From positions 7,316,001 to 7,380,000 of the forward strand of contig CP075495.1 of the NCBI GenBank assembly GCA_021613535.1: a DNA stretch of 64,000 bases, given 5' to 3'. Each line of letters starts with the position of its first letter. Position 1 is the first letter of the stretch. Source of the DNA: Adineta vaga (taxonomy: Eukaryota; Animalia; Rotifera). Positions 38,501-54,140 of this stretch are shown here, one piece after another. Both the position numbers and the translations under genes were made by a program. Under the pieces are notes generated by a model, which saw only the letters and a program-made list of their open reading frames with translations, did not search any database and had not been told where the DNA came from.

Positions 38501-39764
38501 GTATTGAAAGGTGATGACGTAAATATCACATCGAATCCTATATATATTGTCCATAGGATAGTAAATACAAGATATGTTTACATGAGACGTCCATATACAC
38601 ACACACACAAGTAGCAAGATGATATAATTACTGAGTAAAAGAATATAGTTATAACTATCCATTAGTAATATTCAGATCATTATTGACATACAAACTTAGA
38701 AGAAGAGAGCAGATATGAGATGATACAATTCGATGGTTAGTTATTATTACTTTGAGGAATTGTTTTTCGTTTATTTCTTTCGATTTATAACAAGATCGAT
38801 TTTTTCATAGGAAACTTTGAACATTAAACAGAAGAATTAGGATAACATTCTTTTTATAGACTTTACTTTCTTTTTTCTTCTTCTCTTCGTACTGTTTTTT
38901 TTCCTCTTTATTTCAGTCTCGTCTCATTCGATACAACAAACTAACAAGTAAGAGCGATAGAGAAGAAGTTTTATCAGTAAAAGAAGTAATCTAATAGTTT
39001 TTTTCGCTTCCTTCATCGAAAAAAATAACAGAAAAATGAAAGAAAACAAAGATTGAATAGTCATGTACATAGAATTATAGCTTTAAGTTCTATAAGACAC
39101 AAACTTTCAATACTAGGCGAAAATAATAGATTTCTCCTCTTAAATCTGTACCTAACATCATATATCTAATCTTTTCAAGATTAATATAATTTTAATTAGT
39201 AAGTAGATGTATTCATGATCTTCTATCTTAGTTATTTTATTGTCAAAGATGATCTGTTTATTTGTTCTTCTTCATATGAATCTGATTAATACTATCAGAT
39301 ATAGAAAAAGATACCACTGAATATGAATGATGTTGATCGAACATGTTTCTTTTACAGTTATGTGTATAACATTTCTCTTTCAATTCTTTTCTTGGATTTA
39401 TATATATCACATCATTTTATCATGTTTATTTGAACTTTGTCCTGTCGATTCGATTTGGTGACTAAGTAAAAGAACAACAGAATCCACTTTGCGGAAAAAA
39501 CTAGTTCAAAGAGATTTTCAATGTAATCATCGTTGTATAGTGTATAATCAAAGAGAAGAAAGAAAATTATATTTAGTGCATGAAAACAAACTAATTCGTC
39601 TTGAATTCAAAATGACTATGATTCATTGACAGGAAATATACCATCATGACGGGATAATATAGAAAATAAAGTAGCTATTGTTTACATTAATGTTAATTGA
39701 ATATATTCAAGAAATTTTTCCTTCTTAGTTGGTTCTTTTTTTTTAATTTTTATTCTAGAATGAT

Positions 39765-41442
39765 ATGATTGATCATCCTAATTTAACATTATTATATGAA
39801 CAGGAGTCGAATTTGATTCCCATTCAAGATGAAACATTAAGTTCATTGATTTTCTTTACAATTCTTTATGTTCTTGTACTTATATCTGGTCTAGTTGGCA
39901 ATTTTATTGTTCTATTTGTTATTTTAAAAAATAATGACTTAAAACATTTTACAAATTATTTCTTTGCCAATTTAAGTGCAGCAGATGTATTTGTACTTAT
40001 ATTTTGTGTTCCAACTGCTATACATGATATATGGGCGAAAGATCAATGGTATATGGGCAAATTTTTTTGTAAGTTTCTCATTTGTTTTTCTTTGATAGTT
40101 ATAAAATATATCCATTGAATAATCGATTGTAAAGGTTTAAGTAATCAATATATTGAGAGTTGTGCAACAAGTGTCTCTTCATTGACAATAACAGCGATTA
40201 GTTTTGAACGTTTTATTGCTATATGTGAACCATTTAAGGTATCAATACTGTCTTGTTCTTTATCTTTTGATCATATAATCATTTGTTATGTAGGTTCATG
40301 ATATATTCAATGAAACATTAACTTGGGTAACAATATGTTTAATTTGGGCAATTGGTCTCATATTTTCTTTACCATTTTTAATTTTTGCTGTTTATGATTC
40401 ATCATTTAATCCAACTGATTCATTAAATGATACATCCAATCTTCTTACTATATGTCATTTAAATGCTGATTCAAGTGTTGCACAAGCTTGTTTCACATGG
40501 TTTATAATATTACTTATTTTTATTCCATTTTTTGTTTTAATATTTATTTATGCACGTATTATACTTGAATTAGCTCGTCATCGTGCATTAAATTTAACAA
40601 ATGTTGTCAAAAATCAACAACAACAACAACAACAACAACAAACCTATGAGGATGAAACAAATAGTTTTCATAGTGGTTTAACATCAAATCTTGATAATCA
40701 TCAATCACATTCATTTCTTGCGTATAAACGTTTCGAACAAAAACGTTTAAATACGGTGATTATATGTGTTGTTACAGTGGCTTTTTTTGCTTGTCAGTTT
40801 CCTGTACGTATTATACAATTAATTGATATGTATCGACGTGTACGTAATCAAGAAACGATGCCCTATTTAACATGGATTTGGCTATGGAAATTATCGAAAT
40901 TATTATTTTTCTTAAATTTTACAGCCAATCCGGTAAGATAAAAGAGAAAAGTCTTCAAAACGAAATGTGATCCTTTTCTTTCTCAATAGATTATTTATAA
41001 CATCTTATCGACAAAATTTCGTCGTTCTTGTCGACGTCTCTTTCAAATTCATCGTTCAACAAGTCTTATATCCACTTCTTCACGTAAGACCAGTATATCA
41101 TCTTACTTCTATTCAAGTATATATAAAAATCGTCAACGACATAGTAGTTTACATAATCAACAAAATCAATTCTATCCTTCAAATCGATTAAGTAAACTTA
41201 GTAGTTCATTACGAAGTACAGTGAATTCAAATCCAATAAATTCTTCAATAACAAACGATAACAATATTAATAACAATGGAAAAGAACAAATCATATCTAA
41301 CGATAATGAAATTCGAGATTTTGTAACAAATGGAAGCACTGAAGAAATTCTATTATCAACATTGAATAATAATAAACGCTCACAACATACATTTCAAGTT
41401 TTATGTGAAGAAGATGAAGAATTTGAAAGTACGATGGACTAA
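39765..41442 (+). CDS. Class A peptide GPCR (TRH/ETH/ghrelin receptor-like), 4 exons
   Basis: GLVGN (TM1), TNYFFANLSAAD (TM2), LTITAISFERFIAICEP (TM3), FFACQFP (TM6), NFTANPIIYNILSTKFR (TM7/H8); polyQ in ICL3. Confidence 0.9.
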
Positions 41443-42335
41443 TAAGTAGATCTTTTCTTATATTTATGTATCTGCAGTGTATTTCTTTGAGAATGTTATA
41501 TAGAAATCTTGATTTCTGGTAAGAGAAAAATCTGAATTTAAAATAATAAATGATTAGATTTAAATATTGTCAAATAGTTGTGAGAAAAGAAACGACTGTT
41601 GTAGTCATTGTATGCGAAACAAATAATTATTTGTACAGATGATGATTTATTTGATGAACAATATGGTTTACATAGATGACAGACGACATTTCTGCCCAAA
41701 TGATACAATAATAGGCTCAAGGTTTCAAGAAGTCAAGATCAACAGGATCATTAGTTCTACCGTACTTTGTCGTCTGACTTTTCTTTTTACTGATAATTAC
41801 TTTCGACTCATTAGCAAAGTAGAAAAATGTCAAATAAATCCATTGATGCCACTGATTATTTTTCGTCTCATAGAAAAAATATGAAACTACACCATATATT
41901 TCTTTGCTAGTGGTCTATTTCTTTCGTTATCTCTATGATTAGACATAAGCAAAAGAATGATTTTCTACACTTGATATTTTATTGATATATATATATGTCG
42001 CATCGATCTTACTAATGTAAGATAATGATTCCATTAATAGCACATTTGTTTTGATGTTAACATCCATAAAAACAAATTCAAGTAATTGATGTGTTGTCAT
42101 TCACTATAGAACCAGTATGAATTCGATACATTCTGATTCGAATCATTATGGATGAATATTAGTTTGTACAAATCGATTGGGAAAAGAAAGATTTTGTTCA
42201 TTGATACATAAATAATAATAGACATTGAAATAGAAGAAAACTAGTGCAATCATTGTTAAACTCCATTGAAAAATTATTGTAAAAAGTACGAGAAAGAAAA
42301 GATAATTATTAATTGATGAGAAATAATTATTCTTC

Positions 42336-42362
<27 letters not shown>
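42336..42362. repeat. (TA)n microsatellite
   Basis: About 13 TA units. Confidence 0.9.
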
Positions 42363-42368
<6 letters not shown>

Positions 42369-42645
42369 GTGACATACAATCTCCAATCAGTAAAAGACCA
42401 GTTTTTCCAGAAATACCGATAATTTCTTGTACTGATTAAGAAATGTTTATACAAACATAGATAGCCTTTAGATATTTCTAACTACAGAAAGGTCTAAAGT
42501 ATTTATCAGTACAAAAAAAATGAATAACTTGCTGTATATTAGAAATGAAATGATAATTGTACTTTTATTTGTTTCTATGCATAAAATAATCAATATAGTT
42601 AAGACGAAGTAATTCTGACGAACACATCTGTACAAATCGAAATTA

Positions 42646-45600
42646 TTAGATATTTTGATAGAGTTCCGCAATAGATACAAATGAATCAGGTAAATGTTTA
42701 ATACATATTGGTAATGGTGAATAATGTCCAGCTGTAGTGGTATTCTAGAACGAAACGAAGAAATGTATGAATTGTTAATAAGATATTCTTTCTTACGGAT
42801 GATAATTGAATTTGTTTAAATTTAAAAAGAATTTCTTGATTTCTTTCGGTTGTCGTCTTTTGTTCTACTACACAACTAGCACATTGTTCTAATTGCGATG
42901 AGAACGAAAGATCAAAGAGGGGTTCCTGAAATTCATCGTCTTTATTTTTCTAAAATATGATCAAATCTATCTTACTCGACACATTTTATATAATAGATAA
43001 AATAAATCCATATTAAGTATAAGTTCTTTCGTTGCACGTGTAGCTGCAACATAGAGAATATTTAAATTCTCTCGATGTTCATCAAGCGATAATTGTTCAA
43101 GTGTTGAATCACTTGAACGTGGAAGAAAATCATCAGCTAAGATAACAATAGGAAATTCTAAACCTTTTGCTTTATGTGCTGTTGAAAGAACAATTTCTAA
43201 ATAACACAGAAAATAAAAACGAAATTTGTAAAGAAAATCAAGTCATACTAGCTTGAGTTATATCTGCACAAGATTTTTCTTGTAATTGTTTGATTTTTTC
43301 AATAAGCGAATGACCATGTAATTGAACAAGTTTGATTTTACCTAATAATTCACCATCGGCGACTTCTTGAGAAAATTTTTCAAATGTTTTAAATGATGAA
43401 AATGATTGTAATTGAGGATCTCGTATTTGATATTTTTCTAAACAAATGATCATGATTATCTTGATCATTTTAATATGAAATGTTGTTACTTTGTCGACGT
43501 TCTTCAGGATCAAGCCAAAGATAGAAAACATCAAGAATCTTGTCAAATCCCATAGCTTCTTTACCCTAATAAAACAAAATGAAATAAGATATTTAAAACA
43601 TAACATCGATTATCTTACTCCAACAAAACCAACATTTGTTAATCCTTTATCAATAATCAATTGTACAGCACAATTAAATAATTGATAATTAGTTCGAAAT
43701 AAATATGCTTTTTGTTCATTCGAAACTTTATCTATCGATGCTGATCGACCATCAAGACAACCTCGAAAGAAAAGAAAGTTTAGACCAGTCAAATAAATGT
43801 TTTTATAAATTCACTCGATTTATTATTTCCAACGAGATATTTCTTTTCATTACATAATTTTTGTAAAATAAGATTTGATATAAATGCTATATCATAACCA
43901 AAACGAAATGACTAAAAAAAGGAGGGGAAAAACAATCAATTTTCAAAAGAAAAACTAATCTATTTCGAAACCAATTTGTATACTTTAGTTAAATAATATG
44001 TAACTGTCGATTGAATTTGCATCATAGCATTGACAGCACCACGAAATGCATAGATTTGTTGATGTTTATCACCAACAAGTATTTTCGAAACACGTTGATT
44101 ATTGATAATATCAGTAACAGCTAGACTGAATATTTAGACTATCTTATGAATTGAAATGATACAAATACCTGGAGTAAGATCTTGAGCTTCATCAACAAAT
44201 AAACAATCATAGAGTTGTATTTGTGGTTTTGATAATTGATACAATTTCAAGTAACCCTATTGAATAGAATTATTAGTTGAATATATATATATATATATAT
44301 TTAGCAGAAATGTTAAGATCAACGAACATCATGAGTCATGAGAGCACGTGTATCTCGAATATTCTTCATAATAGCCCAAATACATTGAGCATCAGCTGCT
44401 AAATTCTAATTAATATATGTAAAAGAAAAAGAGAGAATAAATGATAATCCATTAGTTAATAAATATAAACCATTTTTTCTTGAGATGTTAAAATCAACTG
44501 ATTATTTGATTCATTCGATGATGAATCTTCAACATGTTCATCAGTTATTTGTAGATCAGCCGAAGAAATAAAACTATTTATTGTATTATATACATAACGA
44601 GCACGAATATATAGAGAATTAATTGATCGACCTTTTTCACCAATGGGTGCTCGATCTTGAATAATATCAACAATACTTTTTATACGTAAATTTCCAAGAT
44701 ATCCTTCAAATTGTCGACTAAAAGAATCCTTTTTACTAGAAAAGAACGATTTGAATTTTCCAATTTTTTACCCAATTTTTGCATAAGCAATTGAATGAAC
44801 TGTTTGACATTTAACATTGGGTGGAAAGACTTTTTCTGCATAAGTTTGAATAGATCTATTACAACAATACAAGATAGATTGACAAATTTCAATAATCTTT
44901 TCAAATTTTACTTATTATAGGCAATATAAAGAAAGGATTCATCCATTCGTCTTGCAGCATATGCAATCAATGTTGTCGTTTTACCTGTGCCAGCGTAGGC
45001 ATTAATTTTCATTGTTTGTCGATTTTCTAAATTATGACATACAATAGTTTCTTGTTCATGTGTTAATAATAATTTTGATAATCTAAAAAGGAAATTCTTG
45101 AAGAGACTATGAAAAAGAAGATCAACTTTGATCTATTACATTGACGAATAGATTGTATAGGATGGATTTGTATTAAGAATATATTGAGCAATAGGATTGA
45201 ATTGGATTAAGATTTGATCTTCAAATTCTTTTAAACAATAGTATAATCGATATGGATATCTAAGAAGATGTCATTCGTTTAATTTAATCAAGATGAAATT
45301 CTATGGAAATATTTACCGAAATTGAAGATTGTATAATCGAGTAGCACCAGTGAATAAAGTTAAAATAAAATAAAAGAAATCCATGATTAATTCATATTTT
45401 ATTTGTGATATTGTCATCCATAAATGAATTAAATTTCGAATTGATTCAATATTTTCGGATAATATACAAATTGCTGTTGTTAAACAAAGTGGATTATAAA
45501 TCTATGATTATTAGATATTTGAATAGAAATATTCAATCATATATTCTTTACTTGTTCGATAGAAGTTATTAATTGAAATTCTGGTTGAATTTTATTCTTT

Positions 45601-46508
45601 GATAAAAGATCAATAGCATATGGATAGAGAGAATGTTTTTGTAATCGATTATTTAATTGCATTAGAATTGATAATGAAAATTGAAATTGAACTGTCGTTC
45701 CATCGATAGTATCCGTAGTTAAAATTCTAGATACTTGTCTTCAAGAGAGAAAAACTTATGAATATTCCAACAGGTACTTTGTTTCAAAAGGCTTACTGAA
45801 GAATAGTTTGAAGAACATTATTTGTTGGAGTTATTATTTGATCAATCATTTTCAATGTCATTATATGTTCATATTCATAACGTAAATGAATTTTTGGCCA
45901 ACGTGCAAACTATGTAAATTAGAGATGATGTTTTTTGCACAGAAAAGATCATTTTGACAAAAATTTACTCTTTCATCTTGAATAACAGTATACCATTTTC
46001 GACATACTCTGGCAATTTGTGTTAACAATGGTTTAATTGGAATATATGAAAAGATATGTTGAATGATTTCTAAATGATATTTATTTTCTACTTGAATAAA
46101 CTTTATTTTCGAGAAGTAAAAGTTACCGATGGGTAAATTAAGCCATGGTGGAGGTGGTGATGAATTTTTTGTTTCTTGTAAGATTGATGGTGAAACTGAA
46201 ACAACATCTTGAAAAAGATTACTTTTTTTAGTTCGTTTTCTTTCAATTGAATTCGTATTTATAGTTGTCGATGAAGTTGTTAGTTTTCTTTTCGTTGTTT
46301 GCGTATTAATAATTTGAGAACAACGTTTTTGTGTTGTTGGAAGAAAATCATCTTGATCGGTATTTTCAGTAGAACTATTAATCAATGCAGCAAATCGGCC
46401 TGCAGAAGTTCGTTGTGATTGAGTTGATGTGTTCAAAGTATTTCCTATGAGAAAGAAGAGATTAAAATTGAAGAAAATATCAAATTTTTCTCAACCTTTT
46501 TTCAACAT
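42646..46508 (-). CDS. FBH1: F-box DNA helicase 1 (UvrD-like SF1 helicase with F-box), many exons
   Basis: F-box WLNLPI|[17 protein letters not shown]; Walker [12 protein letters not shown]; FVDEAQD; [18 protein letters not shown]; [11 protein letters not shown]; LYVAATRA. Confidence 0.92.
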
Positions 46509-46734
46509 TGTTTTTTCGTCAAAAGAATCGAGCCTTTTGATTTAATCAATCATTGGTACATTTCAATATTTCGTTTTACTTTGTTTGTTGTAGTGTTCGG
46601 AAAAAGAAAAGAAGTCCAATAGCGCCATCTTTATTCGAAATTGATTGTTTGGATATATGTTGGTAAACGTTAGCGAAAATTATTGAGAGAAGTGTTTTCA
46701 TTTCTCATCGTCTTTGTTTGAAAACTCGAAGGAA
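46509..46734. promoter_or_regulatory. Putative bidirectional promoter between FBH1 and the SOCS-box gene
   Basis: Divergent ATGs only about 226 bp apart; contains GCGCCATCTT (YY1-like CCATCTT) near 46622. Confidence 0.5.
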
Positions 46735-48753
46735 ATGGATAGTAAAAGTAAGAGTTTAGTTTCAATAATGTTTCATTTTCAATAGAAATTTCTCTTTTAA
46801 GATGAAGAAATTAGTTCAATATTCGAACGTTTTCGTCAATATTTAATGAACAATGATTCGAAATTCTTAGTTAATGAATTTAATCAATATCGTACAACTT
46901 GGTCACCAAATAAATTTCGTATGTTTTTGACTAATGTTTTAGTTGTGATGCGAACATGGGCGGATAGTCATCAATATATAACTAAAATTGATCTTCATGA
47001 AGATTGGGATGCTGAAGAAACATCAATATCGAATTCACCAATAACAGACAAAATGAAAGCATCAGCTCATTATTTATTTCTTGCTATTGTTGATTATCTA
47101 CAATCAGCTGTCATGACTGAACAACCAGATCGAATGTCAAAGGATGCCGAATTTGATATGTGGAAACGAATTGTTACGAATAAATGGACAATGAATGAAA
47201 AAGTAAGATTATTTGTACTTAGTTCTTTTCTTCTCCAGAAATAAATGTAGAAATTCTTGATTTAGTTTTATATTCATCTTTCTAACGAACATATTCAATT
47301 ACCAATTCGTTTAACTCATTCACTTCATAATGATATGTATAATTTCTACATTTCAACAGAAAAATGGTCATCATCGACAAAAATACTTTTAATTGAATTA
47401 GGTTTTGTTTATTTATTAATTCATGATAATTTCTTTCTTGGTTGTAATCATATTCTATCAGCAAATACAATTTTTACACTCGAAGATTATCTTACATTGA
47501 CAAAACATAGTCAAATAGATCCATCGAATTATCAACGAAAATTAATCACGTCAATGAATACACCTGAAAAAATGAAAATCTTTCTCGATTATTATCCAGA
47601 TGTTGATGTAACAGAATTAATATCGGGAAATTCTGATCTCAATCAACAACGGACACCTTTAACAATTTTCGATCGACTTCTTAAAATGGATCCATTGTAT
47701 TATGAAACAATCGATCAATTACCTCTGATACATACTCCTGATTTTACTTCAATTCATTATTCGGTTCGATCAGCAAATATGTTATATTTATTTCAAAAAT
47801 TGATTTCAAATGATGCGAAAGTAAATCACACATTTTTCTTTTATTAAAAACTGTTTTCTTTCATTGAATTTTTTCAGTTTTCGATAAATCTTGATAATGC
47901 ATACTATCAAAATCATCGCATTCCATTCTATGTCACTACGCTTGGATTTTATCTTCTATCCATTCTTCATTTTCGTGATACATTCATAATTGCTTCACTT
48001 GAAGCACCGGATGATAATGATGATGATATTTTACCGAATTCATTTGCAACAACGACAACAACGAAATCCCAACAAAATGTTAGTCCGAAATATTTAAGTT
48101 CAATTCATGAGAATTATATCTATTATCTTATTAAACGTGCATCAACATTCTCATCGTTATTTCGATCTTTTTTTTTCAATCATTTAAATGTCTGTTGTCC
48201 ATTAATACATAAATCTGACTTTATAAATCATGTTAATTTAATAAAAAATGTTCGTCTTCATTCACTATATGATGAGATTCTTGAAAAGCGAACTTTTCTT
48301 ACATTAAAACAACGTTGTCGATTATTGATTAAAGAATCAATTCGAAAATATCCATTAGATATTAAATCTTTAACTCAATTACCAATGACTTTACAATATT
48401 ATCTATCATTTGATCTATTCCATCCAAATTTTGTTCAAATAACATTAGATAAATTAGATCAAGTAAATGGACGAATTAAACCATTATTTTTTGATGAATT
48501 ACAATTTCATGATCATGGTCTTGAACAAATTAATGGACATAATGAATGGGAAGATCAAATACCCGATGATATGGATTATGATAATGAAATTGATCATGAT
48601 GAACATGTAAATTTATTACAAATGTTTTTCAAATAAAGCTTGACATCTGTTTCTTTTTGTTTCTAGGATTATGATGATCATGATCATGATGATGCTGATC
48701 TATTTGACGAAGAAGAGCTCTATTCCGATAATGATGACGAAGATGAATGGTGA
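46735..48753 (+). CDS. SOCS-box protein (possible degenerate ankyrin repeats), acidic C-terminus
   Basis: LTLKQRCRLLIKESIRKYPLDIKSLTQLPMTLQYYL matches the BC-box plus LP..L..YL of a SOCS box; in-frame spliced exons. Confidence 0.75.
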
Positions 48754-49212
48754 TTGAATATCATTGATTTCTAGTCAGATAAAAATTATTGTTTGTATAT
48801 ATAGTTGCATTTGTTTTTTTTCTTTTCTGAACGATAAAGTACATTCTGTGTCTTTTTTTTGAAATAAAGAAAAAATGTCTGATAGATTTAATGAAGTGTC
48901 AACACCGATATTTTGTGTTTCTTTGATTTCAATCAAACATGAATTGATATTTCAATTATTCGATAAAGAACGTGTGAAATCAATCTAATTTCTCAGTTTA
49001 AATAGATTTCTGATAAATATCGATATTTGGCGCTATCTATCATAAACAGTAGTTTTGGTGGCATTATTGATTTGTCCATCTTTCAATCGGACCGTTGTTG
49101 AGTTCAATTATGAAATAAATAGATGATTAGATTGAAATCAAAACAACTTGAAAAATTCATTTCTTAAGATCGTTTGTTTTTTCCTTCTTTATTAGATAAA
49201 ATATTTAAGATA

Positions 49213-52200
49213 ATGTCTAATGTAACAACATTATCACCAAATAAAGAAAAAAAACGTCCATCTGTTTCTTCGAAATGTTTATTAAATATAAGATCTATTG
49301 TTACTCAAAATGTTTCATCAAATCGTAACAATAAAAATTCATCTATACAATCATCGACATCAACATTACCACCATTACCTTTAACTGATTCAATAATCCC
49401 ATTAAAGGAATCTATTGATGATGTTATTCGTAGTGCTAAAGAAAATAAAGGAAAAAAACAAACGAAATCTCCAACACTACCAAATCGAAATGTTCTTACC
49501 GAATGTTTACAAATACCACCAACAAAATCGATTACTTCTAATGAGTAAGATCTCAGATTTCATGATAATTATTTTATGTTAGTATTCTATCTAGTGAACA
49601 GGATCAGTCTAAATTACAAACATTCGTCTGTGAAAAACAAGAGGAAGGTAAGTCTATGATCATTTTGTTATTTTTGTAAATCAACTCTCTGATTTTAGAT
49701 ATCATATCTAAACAACTTTCAATTAATTCGAAAGAACTAGATTATGAACCATCAACTCCTGAAATATGTATGTAAAACATTAATACATGAAAAATTAAAT
49801 TTTTGAGGGGTTAATTCCATACAGCTTTCAAAAGAAACATCTCTTTATCATTGATTCAAGAAAGAACTTGGTATTTTCCCTGCGACATACATAAATCAAT
49901 TGGTTAATACCAACTAAATAGTCGTGATTCTTTCTGTTCTTATCTCTATGTGTATATATGTGCATACATCGATATATGAATCGTTTCTTTTGAATGATTT
50001 TTATAACGTAAACATTGTAATCTATGGTGTATTTAGTGTGCTTTACTGATAACATGATATAGAAAGAAAAAAAATCAACCGTAAGAATTTTTATAAATGT
50101 AACATAAGAGGTTATGCAATTCTGAATGTTGTCAGCGATTGTTGAAATTGAAAATATAGATAATTAGAAAAAATTTTGAAAGAACATAGAGAAATATTTG
50201 AAATTTCTATTTTTAGCTCTATCACTTAGAAATAGCGACTCGACAATCATTCCACCACTTCCGTTGGATTGTTCAATGTATCCTTTTACTTCATCATCAT
50301 CTTCTCATAAAAAACCAGCATTATCTTTTCCTGCTCATTCGTCAAATCGCATCAATGAAGAATATCTAACACAAATGCGTCGTATCATTGAATCATCATC
50401 ACCATCGTCCTCATCATCAACAGCGACTACAACAACAAATTCAAATGAAATCAAACCCATTGAACTTTCTATTCATCGTCGTCAATCAATTCCAATCCAT
50501 CGATTTGATTCTACATCACCAACAATATCAACGTAGGTCAAAATAAAAACGAAAACATTTCATTCATTTTATTTTTCTTTTAGTATCGAAGGTAGTGTAA
50601 ATCTACAAGGTCCTCTTATTTTTATCAATAGTGCGTTAAATATATCAACAAAATCGGATACTTCGTCACTCATTTCTAATCAGCATATGTCGAATAGAAC
50701 ATCTATGAATGAACAATCGAAAAAGAACCATCAAAATTACTTTCAATCACCTAGTCCAATTTGTCCAACAAGTTACGCACGTTTACCATATCCATTACGT
50801 CAAAAACAAACTCTATTTAATTCTTCACCAACAGAGCCAATTCGATTACCAAAATCTAATCTTCCTGCAGCTCGCCGATCGTTGCCTCAATTTGAATCTG
50901 TTCGTACACCTGCACAAAAAACATCAACTATTATACCTTCTGAATTATTTGATTGTTGTCAAACGTAAAGTTTCTTTTCTATTCGATATTAGTCATTTGC
51001 AGAGAAATATTTATCTTTTTAGTGAAGCAGTTTGTTTAAAAACCGAAGTTATTCGAACACGTCGATCTTTTAATCAACGAAATTCAACTACAATGGAATG
51101 GAAAATAAATGAATCAGAAGCTCGTGCAAATTATTTTCGTGATGTAGCAAAAATACGTGAAATTATGCTCAATGTATCTAAACGTTTAACGACAGATAAT
51201 AATCTTATGTCACCATTACGAATTGTAGATACACATTGTCATTTTGATTTGATTTTTGATCGGTAAGAGCGAATTATTTTCATATGTTCTTTATTCTAAA
51301 TCTATCGTTCTAGTTTACATATCAAACATCATGATCTAAAAAAATATTTTGAGGATTATAACGAATATTATCCAGCGGGTCTTTCATTTGAATTAGCCAT
51401 ACAAGTATTTTGGCGACCACAACATTTAACTGAAAGTATGTCTAGTTGAAATACTTGAATATATATGTTTTTTCTTTTTATATCAATAGATAATTGGAAT
51501 AATCGGTATTCGAAATATTTGGATGATGATCGTGTTTATGGGTCATGTGGTATTCATCCACATTGGAGTTCAGCATGGAAAGAAACATCAGCAGAAGATA
51601 TTGAACGATGTCTCCAACATCCGAAAATTGTCGCAATTGGTGAAATTGGTTTAGATTTTGGACCAAAGTATGTCTAGTTATCTTACACATGATTTGTATT
51701 CAATCTTTATATTTAGAAATACATGTAAGAGACATGAACAATTTCGAGCTTTTGAAGCACAACTTAAGTTAGCTGCAAAATGGTTAAAACCCATTGTTAT
51801 ACATTCGAGAGATGCTTATCAAGAAACATTTGATCTAATGAAAAAGGTAAGACCATCTTTATGATTATCAGAATAAAATGAAAATTAATCTTTTCTTTTT
51901 CTCATTGTAGTATCTTGAATCGGATCATAAAATTCATTTACATTGTTTTGTTGGTACAATGGATGATGTCGAATTATTTACATCGTATTTTAAAGAAATG
52001 AAATTTGGTTTTACTCCAATTATAACTCGTACAACATTTCTTCATACAGTTATTCAACAACTTGATTTAACACAAATTTTATCCGAAACTGATTCACCTT
52101 ATTTTATGCCAGATGAAGTACGTATATTTTCATCTTCATCTTCTAAAACAAAATCTTTCTTATACAATTATTTTCTAGTTATCAGCATATACACGTTGTT

Positions 52201-52316
52201 CACATCCTGGTATGGTTTATAGTGTTGTTGAAACTGTTGCTCAACTTCGATATTTACCCGTGAATAACGTAGCCGATCAATTAAGAGAAAATGCTCGTCA
52301 GATCTACGGTGTTTAA
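49213..52316 (+). CDS. TATDN2: TatD-family DNase with long low-complexity N-terminus (TATDN2-like)
   Basis: IVDTHCHFD, CGIHPH, AIGEIGLDF, IVIHSRDA, IHLHCF, SETDSPYF, HPG, LRENARQIYG. Confidence 0.85.
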
Positions 52317-54140
52317 ACAAATTTATCGACAGTGTATTTTTGTTTTATATTGCAAATGATCTAGTCGATTTCGTTTGCTAGTTCATTGTATCGTTTGTGA
52401 CTTCTTTTTCTTTGTACGCGAATTGTTTGTCTTTTACTCTTTTGATTGAGCAGATATAACTTGTTAAGATCAAAATAAAATAAAATAAAATATACTGATC
52501 ATTCTCACAACAACAACAACAACAACAATGATACTTAGTATAATACTAAATGAATAGTTTTGTTCTTATGAATTGATATAAGAAGAAGATGAAAGCTTTC
52601 GTCTCATGAGATATTATTCGAAATTATTAGTAGATTCTGTTAAATTGCATATAAAAGTCCAAATATGACTGTATAATTAGATGATAATTTCAGTTGTCAA
52701 CGATGATTTTATTTCTGAAATGATCGAATCAATCTATGTAGATGAATAATTTCTGTTCGAATTGAGATAGAAATAACACAACAATTATTTTACGTCAAAC
52801 CATTGGATGAAAGTTATTTTTATTCAGATTCGATAACGACTGATGTTTATCAGCCTTACATCTCGTTTGCAAGGATATAAAAGCTCTCTAAAGGTATTTA
52901 AGCTTTCTATAGATAATGTTACATATCAAATATGTAACGCGCATTCAGTCAATATGTAAAAAGATTTTATGCGGAATAATAATGATGCATCTATTGGTAT
53001 TCGTCTGGCACGTCAGTAGAAGTAAAGAATAAGGTAAAATTATACGCGTTGTCTCATGTTAGAAGATCTCTTTTTCTACTGTACGTGTATATATAATTCG
53101 TAAACGTGTATCTATCACATTTTCATTTTGAACAATGCACTTCTATAGAATTTAATCAGGTAAACAATTCTATCGATTGATATCAACAAGATGTCAAATA
53201 CATCTAATTATTTTCTATAGCAAATTGTAAAGTTGATTTCATACAGTTAATAATGTATGGAATTTAACTATTTTCATCCACCATAACGTTAGATAATTTG
53301 GCCAATAAACTTCGATAACGATATGTACTTATTTTATGATCTTCTTTCTTAAATTATTGACTGTATAGTGCTTTCAATTGACGATGTTGCATAGAATTCT
53401 CTTCTTTCGGAGCTCCAACCTGAGTCTTTTTTTTGTGTAAAGAATCTGACGTTAATATTATTAACACTTAGAGATTGACCAAACAGTTACATTTTTGACT
53501 TCTACTAACGTTTTTTGCTTCATATACTTGACAATTGTAACATCTTGAAATCGGCGCGAAAAAGATCGACTATTCATGACGAAGAAAGATTCAAAATTTA
53601 TAAGTATATTTAATTTTCACTTTTTTCAAAAAGATTTAACAACATTTGTTTGAAAATTAACTGGCAGAACTACTTTTCTATATTTTTATTTGACAATAAG
53701 TTGAAAAATAGAAATGATTGTTTCTAATATCGTCAACGTTTTTTCTCAATGTGTGACTGCAATTTCTTCTATTAAAATTTTTTATTCAAGAAATATCTAC
53801 ACGACTGCCTAGTGGTTCGAGTCACTAATATAATCGAGTAAATATTATTATAACATGACTGACTGTTTTATCAGCAGAATACTATCTCAGAATAGGAAAT
53901 ATTGACTTTTCCTTTCAGAATAGTTTTACCGACTAAGTTGTCAAAACGTGAGTCGATAAGGAACAAACGTCATTTCACTTCACCCATTCTTCACATGATA
54001 AATGAGAGCTTTTCACCTACTCAATCTAGAATAATTATGAATGAAAAGATAAAAATCAAATAACGATTTCCTTCATCTGGCGTCATATTAATCGATTCTT
54101 ATTTCTGTTGTAGATATTTTGTAAATGATATATCGATTCA

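Noticed and set aside
44736-44771. Unusually short 36-nt intron in FBH1
   Set aside because: An in-frame acceptor 18 nt further gives a typical 54-nt intron.
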